Below, in pieces: positions 54,947 through 64,000 of a DNA stretch of 64,000 bases. This DNA is from Patescibacteria group bacterium. Lineage in GTDB: Bacteria > Patescibacteriota > Minisyncoccia > UBA6257 > Colwellbacteraceae. Positions within the stretch are counted from its first letter, which is position 1, and each line of letters starts with the position of its first letter. The translations under genes were made by a program, and so were the position numbers. The DNA is taken from contig JAMCQZ010000005.1 in NCBI GenBank assembly GCA_023380305.1, positions 14,902-78,901 of the forward strand, read 5' to 3'. The notes under the pieces were generated by a model. The model saw only the letters and a program-made list of their open reading frames with translations. It was not told where the DNA came from and made no database searches.

Positions 54947-56745
54947 AGAAGCCGGCTGGTCGGAAGAAGGGTCTGGCGCCAGCCGAAGGACCGAACGTAG
55001 ATAGTATCCGGCACTCCATTTCCCACATCGTCGCCCTGGCGACCATGGAGAAATTCCCAAAAGCCAAGCTCGGCATCGGTCCGACGATCGAAAACGGATT
55101 CTACTATGATTTCGGCCTCAAGGAAATCACCGATGAAAATCTGAAATCCATCGAAGGCCGCAGTCGAGAGCTCCTTAAGCAGGGGCTAAAATTCAAAAAA
55201 GAAATCGTCACTCCGGCTGAAGCAAAAAAGATCTTTAAAGACCAGCCGTTCAAGTTGGAATTGATCGACGAGTTGAAGAAGCAAAAAAAGACGATCAGTA
55301 TCTATAAGACCTACGACAAAAGCCCGAAGGATCCCCTTTTTATCGATCTTTGCGCCGGACCCCACGTCAAATCGACCTCGGAGATCGATCCCGAAGCCTT
55401 TAAGCTAACTTCGATCGCCGGAGCCTATTGGAAAGGAGACGAAAAAAATCCGATGCTCCAACGCATATACGGGTTGGCCTTCGCCTCGAAGAAAGCGCTC
55501 AACGATTATCTTGTTGTCCAAGCCGAAGCCGAAAAGCGAGACCACCGCAAACTCGGCGCCGAATTGGAGCTTTTTATGATTTCCGACGAAGTCGGACAGG
55601 GTCTTCCCCTTTTCCTGCCGAAAGGCAGCCGGTTGAGGCACGAGATCATGACTTTTGCCTTGAACACCTACCTGAAGAACGGCTACGAAATGGTAACCAC
55701 GCCCCACATCGGATCCCAAAAACTTTGGGACAGATCGGGACACACCGGATTCTACAAAGACAGCATGTACGCTCCCTTCGGCATCGAAGGCGAAAACTAC
55801 CTTTTGAAGCCGATGAACTGCCCATTGCACATCCAGCTTTACAAGAGCAAACCGCGCTCCTACCGCGACTTGCCGATCAGATGGACGGAAATGGGCACTG
55901 TTTACCGCTATGAACGCTCCGGCACCCTCCACGGGCTGACTCGCGTTCGCGGTTTTACCCAGGACGACGCGCACATCTTTTGTACTCCGGAGCAAATCGA
56001 AGACGAGGTGAAAAAAGCTCTTAAGCTCACTATTTACATCCTCGGAACTTTCGGATTCAGAGATCTCGAGATGAACCTGAGTGTCCGCGATCCCAAAAAG
56101 AAGGGGGATTTCATCGGAGGCGATAAAGACTGGGCCATGGCCGAGAAGGCTTTGAGGCTCGCCATGGAAGAAATGAGATTCAAGGATTTCGCTTACGATG
56201 TCGGCGGCGCCGCTTTCTACGGTCCGAAAATAGACATCAAAGTGAGCGACGCCATCGGCCGCAAATGGCAGCTTTCGACCATCCAATTCGATTTCAACGA
56301 ACCGGCCAGGTTCGATATGGCCTACACCGACGATAAAGGCAAAGAGAAGCGGCCTCTGATGGTGCACCGGGCGCTTTTGGGATCGCTCGAACGGTTTATG
56401 GGCGTCTACATCGAGCACGTGGCCGGAGCTTTCCCGGTTTGGATCGCACCTGTTCAGGCAGCTATCATTCCGATCTCCGAGAAATTCAACCGCTATGCCA
56501 AAGACCTTGAAGAAAAACTGATGGCCGAAGATATTCGGACCGAGCTCTATTCGAGCGCCGAGACCCTGGGGCGCCGCATCCGCGCCGCGGAGATGCAGAA
56601 AATCCCCTACATTCTCATCGTCGGAGAAGCGGAGATGAAATCGAACACCGTCTCGGTGAGAAAACGCGGCGAAGGCGATCTCGGGGCCAAACCCGTCGAT
56701 GCCTTTCTACAAAATCTGAAGCAGGAAATCAAAAACAGAAAATAG
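54922..56745 (+). CDS. thrS: threonine--tRNA ligase (no N-terminal TGS domain)
   Basis: IRHSISH, DLCAGPH, RDHRKLG, KPMNCP, RVRGFTQDDAH, HRALLGSLERF. Confidence 0.97.
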   Translation: MRNSKNNIKKPAGRKKGLAPAEGPNVDSIRHSISHIVALATMEKFPKAKLGIGPTIENGFYYDFGLKEITDENLKSIEGRSRELLKQGLKFKKEIVTPAEAKKIFKDQPFKLELIDELKKQKKTISIYKTYDKSPKDPLFIDLCAGPHVKSTSEIDPEAFKLTSIAGAYWKGDEKNPMLQRIYGLAFASKKALNDYLVVQAEAEKRDHRKLGAELELFMISDEVGQGLPLFLPKGSRLRHEIMTFALNTYLKNGYEMVTTPHIGSQKLWDRSGHTGFYKDSMYAPFGIEGENYLLKPMNCPLHIQLYKSKPRSYRDLPIRWTEMGTVYRYERSGTLHGLTRVRGFTQDDAHIFCTPEQIEDEVKKALKLTIYILGTFGFRDLEMNLSVRDPKKKGDFIGGDKDWAMAEKALRLAMEEMRFKDFAYDVGGAAFYGPKIDIKVSDAIGRKWQLSTIQFDFNEPARFDMAYTDDKGKEKRPLMVHRALLGSLERFMGVYIEHVAGAFPVWIAPVQAAIIPISEKFNRYAKDLEEKLMAEDIRTELYSSAETLGRRIRAAEMQKIPYILIVGEAEMKSNTVSVRKRGEGDLGAKPVDAFLQNLKQEIKNRK

Positions 56746-56752
56746 CCAAGAA

Positions 56753-56781
56753 ATAAAACCCCTTCCTCTGAAGGGGTTTTA
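56753..56781 (+). terminator. rho-independent terminator after thrS
   Basis: ATAAAACCCCTTC-CTCT-GAAGGGGTTTTAT. Confidence 0.75.
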
Positions 56782-56808
56782 TCGCGGCCGAAATTCGTAT
56801 AGATTGAA

Positions 56809-57735
56809 ATGATGACTGCCTTGAAACCGAAACTGATCGTCATTCTCGGACCGAACGCCTCGGGCAAGACCGGGCTTTCGATCAAGCTCGCGAAATTTAT
56901 CGAATCGAAAAAACTTGGATACCGCGGCGCCGAAATCATCTCGGCCGATTCCCGGCAGGTTTACAAGGGACTGGATTTGGGAACGGGTAAAATCACCAAA
57001 AAAGAAATGTCCGGGATTCCCCACCATCTTTTGGACATCGCCTCTCCAAAAAGGACTCTCTCGGTGGCGGATTACCAAAAGCTCGGAGAAAAAGCCGTTC
57101 GCGAGATATTGTTCCGAGGTAAACTTCCCGTCATCTGCGGCGGCACCGGGCTTTACATCGACAGCTTGATCTATGATTTTCAGCTTCCGGAAGTGGCGCC
57201 CGATCCGGCTTTGAGAAAAAAACTGGAGAAAAAAACCACCGAAGCGCTTTTTAGAGATCTCCAAAAAATTGATCCCAGACGCGGCGCGGTCATCGACTCT
57301 CATAATCGGCGGCGGCTCATCCGGGCGCTCGAAATTATCATCAAATCCGGAAAACCTGTTCCGGCGCTCCAAAAGCGACCGGCCTATAATGTTTTGAAAA
57401 TCGGCCTTATCCGGTCGAAAGATGATCTCCGCGACCGCATCTTAAAAAGACTCGATGAACGTTTAAGCCAGGGCATGATCAAGGAAGCGAAAAAACTCCA
57501 CGACCGCGGATTATCCTGGAAACGCATGGAGGAATTGGGACTTGAATACCGATATTTGAGCCGTTATCTCCGCGGCCGGATCAGTCTGGAAGAAATGAAG
57601 TCCGAGCTTTCGCGGGAAATCGTCAATTACGCCAAACGCCAAATGACTTGGTTTAAGAAAGACAAAAACATCCGCTGGGTTAAAACCGAAAAAGAAGCCG
57701 AACGCCTCTTAAAACGGTTCTTGAAGAACGGTTAA
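56809..57735 (+). CDS. miaA: tRNA dimethylallyltransferase
   Basis: GPNASGKT, SADSRQVY, GGTGLY, YAKRQMTWF. Confidence 0.96.
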   Translation: MMTALKPKLIVILGPNASGKTGLSIKLAKFIESKKLGYRGAEIISADSRQVYKGLDLGTGKITKKEMSGIPHHLLDIASPKRTLSVADYQKLGEKAVREILFRGKLPVICGGTGLYIDSLIYDFQLPEVAPDPALRKKLEKKTTEALFRDLQKIDPRRGAVIDSHNRRRLIRALEIIIKSGKPVPALQKRPAYNVLKIGLIRSKDDLRDRILKRLDERLSQGMIKEAKKLHDRGLSWKRMEELGLEYRYLSRYLRGRISLEEMKSELSREIVNYAKRQMTWFKKDKNIRWVKTEKEAERLLKRFLKNG

Positions 57736-59231
57736 AGCTGTTTTTCGAGCTTCTCGCCGATTTTCCCAGGATGGCCCTTGCCTTTGAGCTCGGCCATGGT
57801 CTTGCCTATCAAAAACTGCAAGGCTGTTTTCTTGCCAGCTTTGTAATCCGCCACCGCTCCCGGATTTTCGGCGACCACTTTATTGACTGCCTGCTCGATG
57901 ATTTCTTCGTCTGATACTTGTTCCAATCCCTTTTCTTTGACGATCTGCCTCGGATCCAAACCTGTTTTTTGCATTTCCGGAATCAAATCCTTGGCGACGC
58001 GGCTCGTTATCTCGCCATTAAAAATCAAATCCGCCAGATCGGCGAGGTTCTCCGGACTGATTTTTAATTCCTCGAAGCCGATGCCCTGGCTGTTCATAAA
58101 TCCTTTAAGATCACTTGTCAGATAATTGAAGGCGAGTTCGGTAAACCGCTGTTTTTCGGACGAATCGATGTCGTCGTCCCCTTCCGCTTCCGAAATAGTC
58201 TCTTCGAAGAAATCCGCCAGATCTCCGTCTTCGATCATTAAATCCGCCTGGACCTCGACAAGACCGTACTCCTTCATCAGACGGGATTTCTTTTCCAAAG
58301 GCAGCTCGGGAATGGCTCGCCGCAATTCTTCCAAATTAATAAGCGAGGTTTCTTGCAGGTCGATCGACGGAATGTCCGGCTCCGGGAAATAACGGTAATC
58401 CTTGGCCTCCTCTTTGCTCCTCTGGCTGAAAGTGGCTTTTTTGTTTTGATCCCAACCGCGAGTTTCTTGAAAAACTTTGCCGCCGGATTCCAAAGCCTCG
58501 GTCTGCCTTCGGATCTCGAAATTAACGGCGTCTCCGACCGATTTGAAAGAATTCAAGTTTTTCACCTCAACTTTGGTGCCAAACTCGTCTTGGCCTTCCG
58601 GCCGGACAGAAATATTGGCTTCGACTCGCATCTGGCCTTTTTCCATATCGGCGTCAGAGATGCGAAGATAGCGAAGAATAAGCCGCAACATCTTGGCGAA
58701 AGCGACCGCCTGCTCCCCGCTTTTAATATCCGGTTCAGTGACGAGTTCCATAAGAGGGACGCCAGCGCGATTGAAGTCGACATAAGTCGCTTTATCCGAC
58801 GTCTTTAGGCGTTCGTCGTCTTTTGCCCCGTGAGAACGAGACAAAGCCGGAATTTCGTGGAGCAACCGGCCGACATCTTCTTCCAGATGAATCCTTTTGA
58901 CGCGAACCCCCAGAAGCTCGCCGTTTCTCACCAAAGGTTCGTCGTATTGGGAAATCTGATAGCCCTTAGGAAGATCTGGATAGAAATAACTTTTCCGGTC
59001 GAATTTCGATTTTTCGGCCAAGTCGGCTTGAAGCGCCAACCCGAGTTTTAGAACCGATTTAACGGCCTCGATATTCGGCACCGGCAAAGTGCCCGGATGG
59101 CCGAGACAGATCGGACAGACGTTTGTGTTCGGCTTCGTCTCCAAGCTGTCGTTTTTACAGCCGCAGAACATCTTCGTCTTCGTCTTCAGCTCGACGTGGA
59201 TTTCCAAACCGATAGTAGGCAGATATTTCAT
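57732..59231 (-). CDS. gatB: Asp/Glu-tRNA amidotransferase subunit B
   Basis: IGLEIHVEL.T.TKMFC, YFYPDLPKGYQISQ, RIHLEED, DYRYFPEPD. Confidence 0.97.
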   Translation of the reverse strand: MKYLPTIGLEIHVELKTKTKMFCGCKNDSLETKPNTNVCPICLGHPGTLPVPNIEAVKSVLKLGLALQADLAEKSKFDRKSYFYPDLPKGYQISQYDEPLVRNGELLGVRVKRIHLEEDVGRLLHEIPALSRSHGAKDDERLKTSDKATYVDFNRAGVPLMELVTEPDIKSGEQAVAFAKMLRLILRYLRISDADMEKGQMRVEANISVRPEGQDEFGTKVEVKNLNSFKSVGDAVNFEIRRQTEALESGGKVFQETRGWDQNKKATFSQRSKEEAKDYRYFPEPDIPSIDLQETSLINLEELRRAIPELPLEKKSRLMKEYGLVEVQADLMIEDGDLADFFEETISEAEGDDDIDSSEKQRFTELAFNYLTSDLKGFMNSQGIGFEELKISPENLADLADLIFNGEITSRVAKDLIPEMQKTGLDPRQIVKEKGLEQVSDEEIIEQAVNKVVAENPGAVADYKAGKKTALQFLIGKTMAELKGKGHPGKIGEKLEKQL

Positions 59232-59268
59232 CAGATTTAAGCTTATTCTAACAGGTTTTCGGAACAAG

Positions 59269-59293
59269 AAAAAAGCCCTCTTCCGAGGGCTTA
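59269..59293 (-). terminator. rho-independent terminator after tmk
   Basis: Minus strand AAGCCCTC-GGAA-GAGGGCTTTTTT. Confidence 0.75.
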
Positions 59294-59297
59294 AAAC

Positions 59298-60014
59298 TTA
59301 ATCTTTTTTGTTTCGGTCAAGCTTAGCCTGGAGACTTGTCTTTAAAACAGCCTCCACTTTGGCGTCCACTTGTTCGTGGGACAGGTTTTCTCCACGATCG
59401 TCACAACACTCGACAAGAACAAACCCGGGGTAGTTTTCGGTAAGCCAGCGATAGGCTCGACCGGCGTTAATCAGATGCTGCGGATCGATTTCGTGGCCCT
59501 TTGGATTGCCCCGACCGGCGATCCTCTGCTCCACCAGCTCTGGCGGCAGCCAAAGGATGATGTTTATATCCGGCTTCGGGATTCCGTAAAACCCGTATTC
59601 CCGGTCGAAAAGCCAGTCGACGAATTCTTTGCGCTTTTCGGGATCGCTGATTTTGCCACCTTGATGGCCGGCGTTCGATTCGACATAACGATCACAGATG
59701 ACCACTTTTCCCTCGGCGAGCGCCTGCCTAATTTCGAAACTCGCGTCGTAGCGGTCAAGAGCGTAAAACTCCGAGGCAATTTTCGGAGCGACGTCGTTCG
59801 GCGGACCGTAACGCGGCGGCGCGTTATCGGGCAGTTTGCCAAGATAGGCGGCCACGAAATATCCAGCCGGCGATCCGTAACGAGGAAAGGCGAACTTGGC
59901 GACCGAATACCCCTGGTCGGCAAACCATTTTTCGGCGAACTGCGATTCGGTGTTTTTACCGGTGCCGTCGGTACCGCCGAAAACGATCATCAATCCACCT
60001 GGTATTTGACGCAT
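59298..60014 (-). CDS. tmk: thymidylate kinase
   Basis: GTDGTGKNT P-loop, FPRY, YALDR, DRYVESN.GHQG, PKPD. Confidence 0.9.
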   Translation of the reverse strand: MRQIPGGLMIVFGGTDGTGKNTESQFAEKWFADQGYSVAKFAFPRYGSPAGYFVAAYLGKLPDNAPPRYGPPNDVAPKIASEFYALDRYDASFEIRQALAEGKVVICDRYVESNAGHQGGKISDPEKRKEFVDWLFDREYGFYGIPKPDINIILWLPPELVEQRIAGRGNPKGHEIDPQHLINAGRAYRWLTENYPGFVLVECCDDRGENLSHEQVDAKVEAVLKTSLQAKLDRNKKD

Positions 60015-60020
60015 GATTAT

Positions 60021-60584
60021 TTATAGCTTGTCAAAAAGATTCTGCGGATTGGCCGCGGTTGGACCTTTTTGTTTGTTATACAATGATTTTTTTCTGAGAT
60101 TATAGGGTTTTTCAGCCGGGCTCGAAAGATATTCCACGGCCACCTGGCAAATATACATGCCCGGATAAAGCTTTACTGGCAGATCAGATTGATTGCTAAT
60201 CTCCAAGGTGATGGATCCCTCGAATCCCGGATCGACAAAGCCGGCCGTGTGGACCAGAATGCCCATCCGCGCCAGAGTGCTCTTACCCTCCACTCGGAGC
60301 ACCATATCGTCCGGAACCTTCATATATTCGGCTGTGCTTGCCAAAATAAATTTTCCCGGATGCAAAATAAACGACTCGCGATGGTCGTATTTTTTCATAA
60401 CGTCGAGCGGGATGCCTTTTTTCGTATCGAGCAAGCTCGTCTCGCTGATGTGAAAAACCTTGAATTGCGGGCCGAGTTTGAGATCAATCGAAGCTGGACC
60501 GATCTGGTCCGGAGAAATTTTAGGAAGAAAAACCAATCTTTTCTGCTTGATGACTTTTTTGATATCTCTATCGGAAAGAATCAT
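60021..60584 (-). CDS. dcd: dCTP deaminase
   Basis: MILSDRDI, PASIDL, EGKSTLARMG, AGFVDPGFEG.ITLE. Confidence 0.95.
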   Translation of the reverse strand: MILSDRDIKKVIKQKRLVFLPKISPDQIGPASIDLKLGPQFKVFHISETSLLDTKKGIPLDVMKKYDHRESFILHPGKFILASTAEYMKVPDDMVLRVEGKSTLARMGILVHTAGFVDPGFEGSITLEISNQSDLPVKLYPGMYICQVAVEYLSSPAEKPYNLRKKSLYNKQKGPTAANPQNLFDKL

Positions 60585-60601
60585 GAAGCCTGGTGATCGG
60601 A

Positions 60602-61024
60602 CTATTTGATTTCGATACCCATCGATCGGGCGGTCCCAGCGATTATTTTTTCGGCGGCTTCGACGTCGTTCGCGTTCAAATCCACCATTTTCTTCTCGGC
60701 GATTTTGCGCAGATCCTCCTTGCTCACCGTTCCCACTTTATTTTTGTTCGGAACAGCCGAACCCTTCTCGATGCCGGCGGCCTTGCGGAGCAGATCCGAA
60801 GCCGGCGGAGTCTTTAACTTAAAAGTGAAGCTTCTGTCCTCGTAAACGGTGATTTCAGCCGGAATAATGTCGCTGCCCATATCCTTGGTGGCGTCGTTAA
60901 ACTGCTTGCAGAAATCCTGGATATTGATTCCGTGCTGTCCCAACGCCGGACCCACCGGAGGAGCCGGGTTAGCAGCGCCGGCCTTAATCTGAAGTTTTAA
61001 TATTGTTTTGATTGGTTTAGCCAT
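60602..61024 (-). CDS. rplK: 50S ribosomal protein L11
   Basis: [30 protein letters not shown]. Confidence 0.98.
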   Translation of the reverse strand: MAKPIKTILKLQIKAGAANPAPPVGPALGQHGINIQDFCKQFNDATKDMGSDIIPAEITVYEDRSFTFKLKTPPASDLLRKAAGIEKGSAVPNKNKVGTVSKEDLRKIAEKKMVDLNANDVEAAEKIIAGTARSMGIEIK

Positions 61025-61044
61025 ATTAGCGAAAATATCTTAAA

Positions 61045-61599
61045 CTAAATTTTCTTCACTTGCAAAGCGTCGATCTCTACGGCTGTGTCGCGGCCGAAAA
61101 TGGAGACCAGGACCTTGACCCGGCCCCTTGTCTCGTCCACTTCCGAAATCTTGGCGTCGGCGTCTTTGAACGGACCGTCGGTGATACGGACAAGATCGCC
61201 CGGCTTGTAATCAATTCTGAAACTCGGCTCCTCGCCGGTCATCTTGGCCATCAAAGAGTCGACTTCGGCCTTGGAAAGAGGCGTCGGGGTGGTGGTGTCG
61301 GCGCCGACAAAACCGGTAACGCGCGGGGTGTTCCGGACGATATACCAAGTGTCCGGCCCCATGACCATGTCGACGAGCACGTAGCCCGGATAGATTTTCT
61401 CTTCGACGACCGTCCGGCGGCCGTTCTTGATCTTCACTTTTTTCTCTTTCGGAACGATAACATTAAAAATCTTATCCTCGACAGCCAAAGATTCGATGCG
61501 CTGTTTTAAATAGCGACTGACGGCGTCCTCGTAGCCCGAATAAGTGTGCACCGCATACCAGTGCCGAATTCCAGTTTGTTCTGATGTGGTTTTGTCCAT
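61045..61599 (-). CDS. nusG: transcription termination/antitermination factor NusG
   Basis: WYAVHTYSGYE, YPGYVLV, RNTPRVTGFVG, KOW GD.VRI.DGPF. Confidence 0.97.
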   Translation of the reverse strand: MDKTTSEQTGIRHWYAVHTYSGYEDAVSRYLKQRIESLAVEDKIFNVIVPKEKKVKIKNGRRTVVEEKIYPGYVLVDMVMGPDTWYIVRNTPRVTGFVGADTTTPTPLSKAEVDSLMAKMTGEEPSFRIDYKPGDLVRITDGPFKDADAKISEVDETRGRVKVLVSIFGRDTAVEIDALQVKKI

Positions 61600-61605
61600 G
61601 AAGCG

Positions 61606-61791
61606 TTAAATCTTAAGGATTAATCTCTTCAAGAGAAACGTGAAAAAAGAATCGCTTGTAGAAAGCAAGATAGCCACCGCCGCCGAGAAAAGGACGACGA
61701 TGAGCACCATCCGCAAAGTCTCCCGCCTGCTCGGCCAGTTGACTTTGCGAAGCTCTTCGTAAGAATTTTTGATGAATTTATTCAGCGCCAT
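61606..61791 (-). CDS. secE: preprotein translocase subunit SecE
   Basis: ELRKVNWPSR plus TM; upstream of nusG. Confidence 0.93.
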   Translation of the reverse strand: MALNKFIKNSYEELRKVNWPSRRETLRMVLIVVLFSAAVAILLSTSDSFFTFLLKRLILKI

Positions 61792-61821
61792 ATAAGCTTT
61801 GTAAGGTTATAATTTTTGAGG

Positions 61822-63756
61822 CTAGATGTCAAGATTTTTAACCGAAGCCCCGTGAATCTGGATGTATCTTTTTCTCGGTTCAACCTCGCTGCCCATGAAA
61901 ATATCGAAAAGATGGTCCGCTTCCTTGGCGTCGGTGATCGTCACCACTTTCATCAGTCTCGTCTCCGGATCCATGGTCGTTTCCCAAAGCTGTTCCGGGT
62001 TCATTTCTCCCAAGCCTTTGTAGCGGCTGACCACGGCAGCCTCGCCCATTTTTTTGATCAGATCGTCTTTCTCGGCATCGGTGTAGCAATAATGGAATTC
62101 CTTGCCCTTCTGAACTTTATAGAGCGGCGGTTGGGCGATAAAAATATGTCCGGCTTCAATCAGCCGCGGGAAATAGCGGTAAAAAAGAGTAAGGAGCAAA
62201 GTCCGGATATGGGCGCCATCGACATCGGCATCGGTCATGATGATCACCTTGCCGTATCTTAATTTTTCCAAATTGAAGTCCTCGCCGAAAGCCGTTCCCA
62301 AAGCGACGATCAAAGATTTGATTTCGTTATTGGCGAGCATCCGGTGGATCTGGGCTTTCTCGACGTTTAAAATTTTCCCCCTCAAGGGCAGAATGGCCTG
62401 GAAGCGGCGATCCCGGCCCTGTTTGGCCGAGCCGCCGGCGGATTCTCCCTCGACGATGAACATCTCGGCTTCCTCACTTTTCCTCGTCTGACAATCAGCC
62501 AGTTTTCCCGGTAAAGTCAGGCCCTCCAGGGCGCCTTTGCGCAAAACAGTGTCCTTGGCCGCCTTGGCCGCCTTTCTCGCTTTGGCCGCCAAAACGCATT
62601 TTTCAACCATCCTCCGGCCATCGGCGCCGTGCTTTTCCAAAAATTCTTTAAGCGCTTCCGAAACAACGGCGTCAACCGTGCTCCTTGCTTCCGGATTGCC
62701 AAGCCTGGCTTTGGTCTGGCCCTCGAACTGGGGATCTTTGAGCTTCACCGAAACAACGGCGATCAATCCCTCCCTCACGTCTTCGCCCGTCAGATTGTCT
62801 TCGCCTTCCTTGAGATAGCCCGAAGAACGGCTGAAATCGTTTAAAGTCCTCGTGAGCGCCGTCCTCAAACCGGTCAGATGCATGCCACCGTCCGAAGTAT
62901 GAATGTTGTTCGCGAAGCTGTATTCCTCGGCTTCGAAGCCATCGGTATAAGCCAGGGCCGCTTCGATATCCATTCCGCCGTATTCCTTGTTCACATAGAA
63001 AACCTCCTCTTGGATGATGCGGTCTCCATCCTCGTTTAAATAATCGATGAACGATCTAAGTCCTCCGTCGAATTGGAAAGCATAATAGAAAGGAGTCTCT
63101 TCCCTGTAGTCGGTAAAGATAATCCTCAAGCCCTTGGTGAGATACGCCTGTTCCCGGAGATGATCCAGAATCCTTTTTTTGTCGAAAACCATTTCGGAAA
63201 ATATCAACCTGTCGGGATAAAAAGTGGACGTGGTGCCGTGGCCCTCGGATTTGCCGATTTTCTTCGCGGCGTATTTCGGCTTTCCGCGCTCGTACTCCTG
63301 GACATAAAGATAGCCGCCCTGGCGGACCTCCACCTTCATCCATTCGGACAGGGCGTTCACCACCGAAGCGCCGACTCCGTGCAAACCGCCGGAAACCTTG
63401 TATCCGCCTCCGCCGAACTTGCCGCCGGCGTGCAACACGGTCATGACGGTTTCGAGCGCAGACTTTTTGGTGACGCTGTGAACGTCAACCGGAATGCCTC
63501 GGCCATCGTCCTGAACGGTAATGCTGCCATCCTTGTTTATCTCCACGCGGATGTTTTTGGCGTAACCGCCCATGGCCTCGTCGACCGAGTTGTCGACGAT
63601 CTCCCAAATCAGGTGGTGCAAGCCGTCGACGCCGGTCGAGCCGATATACATGCCCGGACGCTTTCTCACCGGCTCCAGGCCCTCCAAAACTTCAATATCT
63701 TTGGCGCTGTACGATTGTTCTTTTTTAACGGGTTTTTCCTCGCTTTTTTTAACCAT
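61822..63756 (-). CDS. gyrB: DNA gyrase subunit B
   Basis: [52 protein letters not shown]. Confidence 0.95.
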   Translation of the reverse strand: MVKKSEEKPVKKEQSYSAKDIEVLEGLEPVRKRPGMYIGSTGVDGLHHLIWEIVDNSVDEAMGGYAKNIRVEINKDGSITVQDDGRGIPVDVHSVTKKSALETVMTVLHAGGKFGGGGYKVSGGLHGVGASVVNALSEWMKVEVRQGGYLYVQEYERGKPKYAAKKIGKSEGHGTTSTFYPDRLIFSEMVFDKKRILDHLREQAYLTKGLRIIFTDYREETPFYYAFQFDGGLRSFIDYLNEDGDRIIQEEVFYVNKEYGGMDIEAALAYTDGFEAEEYSFANNIHTSDGGMHLTGLRTALTRTLNDFSRSSGYLKEGEDNLTGEDVREGLIAVVSVKLKDPQFEGQTKARLGNPEARSTVDAVVSEALKEFLEKHGADGRRMVEKCVLAAKARKAAKAAKDTVLRKGALEGLTLPGKLADCQTRKSEEAEMFIVEGESAGGSAKQGRDRRFQAILPLRGKILNVEKAQIHRMLANNEIKSLIVALGTAFGEDFNLEKLRYGKVIIMTDADVDGAHIRTLLLTLFYRYFPRLIEAGHIFIAQPPLYKVQKGKEFHYCYTDAEKDDLIKKMGEAAVVSRYKGLGEMNPEQLWETTMDPETRLMKVVTITDAKEADHLFDIFMGSEVEPRKRYIQIHGASVKNLDI

Positions 63757-63849
63757 TTTAGATGTTTCCAAATTAAATCCAGCCCTCAAAAAGGCTTATT
63801 TATTCTACCAAAAAACCGGCCCGAAAACAACCCTCAAAACCCCCGTAAA

Positions 63850-64000
63850 TCAACGGATTTGGGCATTGAAATTGGCCGTTAAAACGTTCTCGATTTTGGC
63901 TGTCGCGCGGTTCGCTTCCTCGTCCGACAAGGTCCTTTTCATGGACTGGAAAACCAAACGCAGGGTCAGACCGATCAAGCCTTCGCCCGCCGCCTCCGGC
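63850..64000 (-). CDS. pheT: phenylalanine--tRNA ligase beta subunit, C-terminal end (partial)
   Basis: Manual translation ...LTLRLVFQSMKRTLSDEEANRATAKIENVLTANFNAQIR* matches the FDX-ACB domain end. Confidence 0.75.
   Translation of the reverse strand, partial: PEAAGEGLIGLTLRLVFQSMKRTLSDEEANRATAKIENVLTANFNAQIR

Noticed and set aside
55405-56418. Long antisense ORFs inside housekeeping genes (this one and many others in the track)
   Set aside because: Typical shadow ORFs from codon bias; no motifs and fully overlapped by confident genes
60021-61791. rplK followed by dcd rather than rplA
   Set aside because: A split of the L11-L1 operon is an ordinary rearrangement and not evidence of a new system

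Overview
Bacterial chromosome segment using genetic code 11 (TGA is used as stop). It most likely comes from a Patescibacteria/CPR (Parcubacteria-like) organism. This is inferred from compact housekeeping genes, a DUF4012-type protein, an N-terminally truncated RF2, a TGS-less ThrRS and several leaderless genes. Most of the window is core machinery: rtcB/archease, obgE, UvrD-nuclease, typA, ftsEX, pyrG, lepA, secA, murB, rnc, nusB, rpmF, rnhB, dnaE, thrS, miaA, gatB, tmk, dcd, rplK-nusG-secE, gyrB and two tRNAs. The standout is an AT-richer, single-strand cluster of about 16 kb (33.9-49.5 kb) encoding a greatly expanded His-Xaa-Ser (Hxs) RiPP-like system. In transcription order it starts with a secreted fibre-like protein, HxsD plus an HxsD-like paralogue, HxsB, and a 258-aa precursor with 49 contiguous H-x-S triplets and a Flp-pilin-like/secretory leader. 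Eight more radical SAM enzymes follow (nine in total), with a Cys-rich DUF483-like protein among them and a terminal A24 prepilin/preflagellin peptidase. A 2-oxoacid:ferredoxin oxidoreductase and a ferredoxin lie just downstream. All calls come from motif recognition by eye; no database searches were run.
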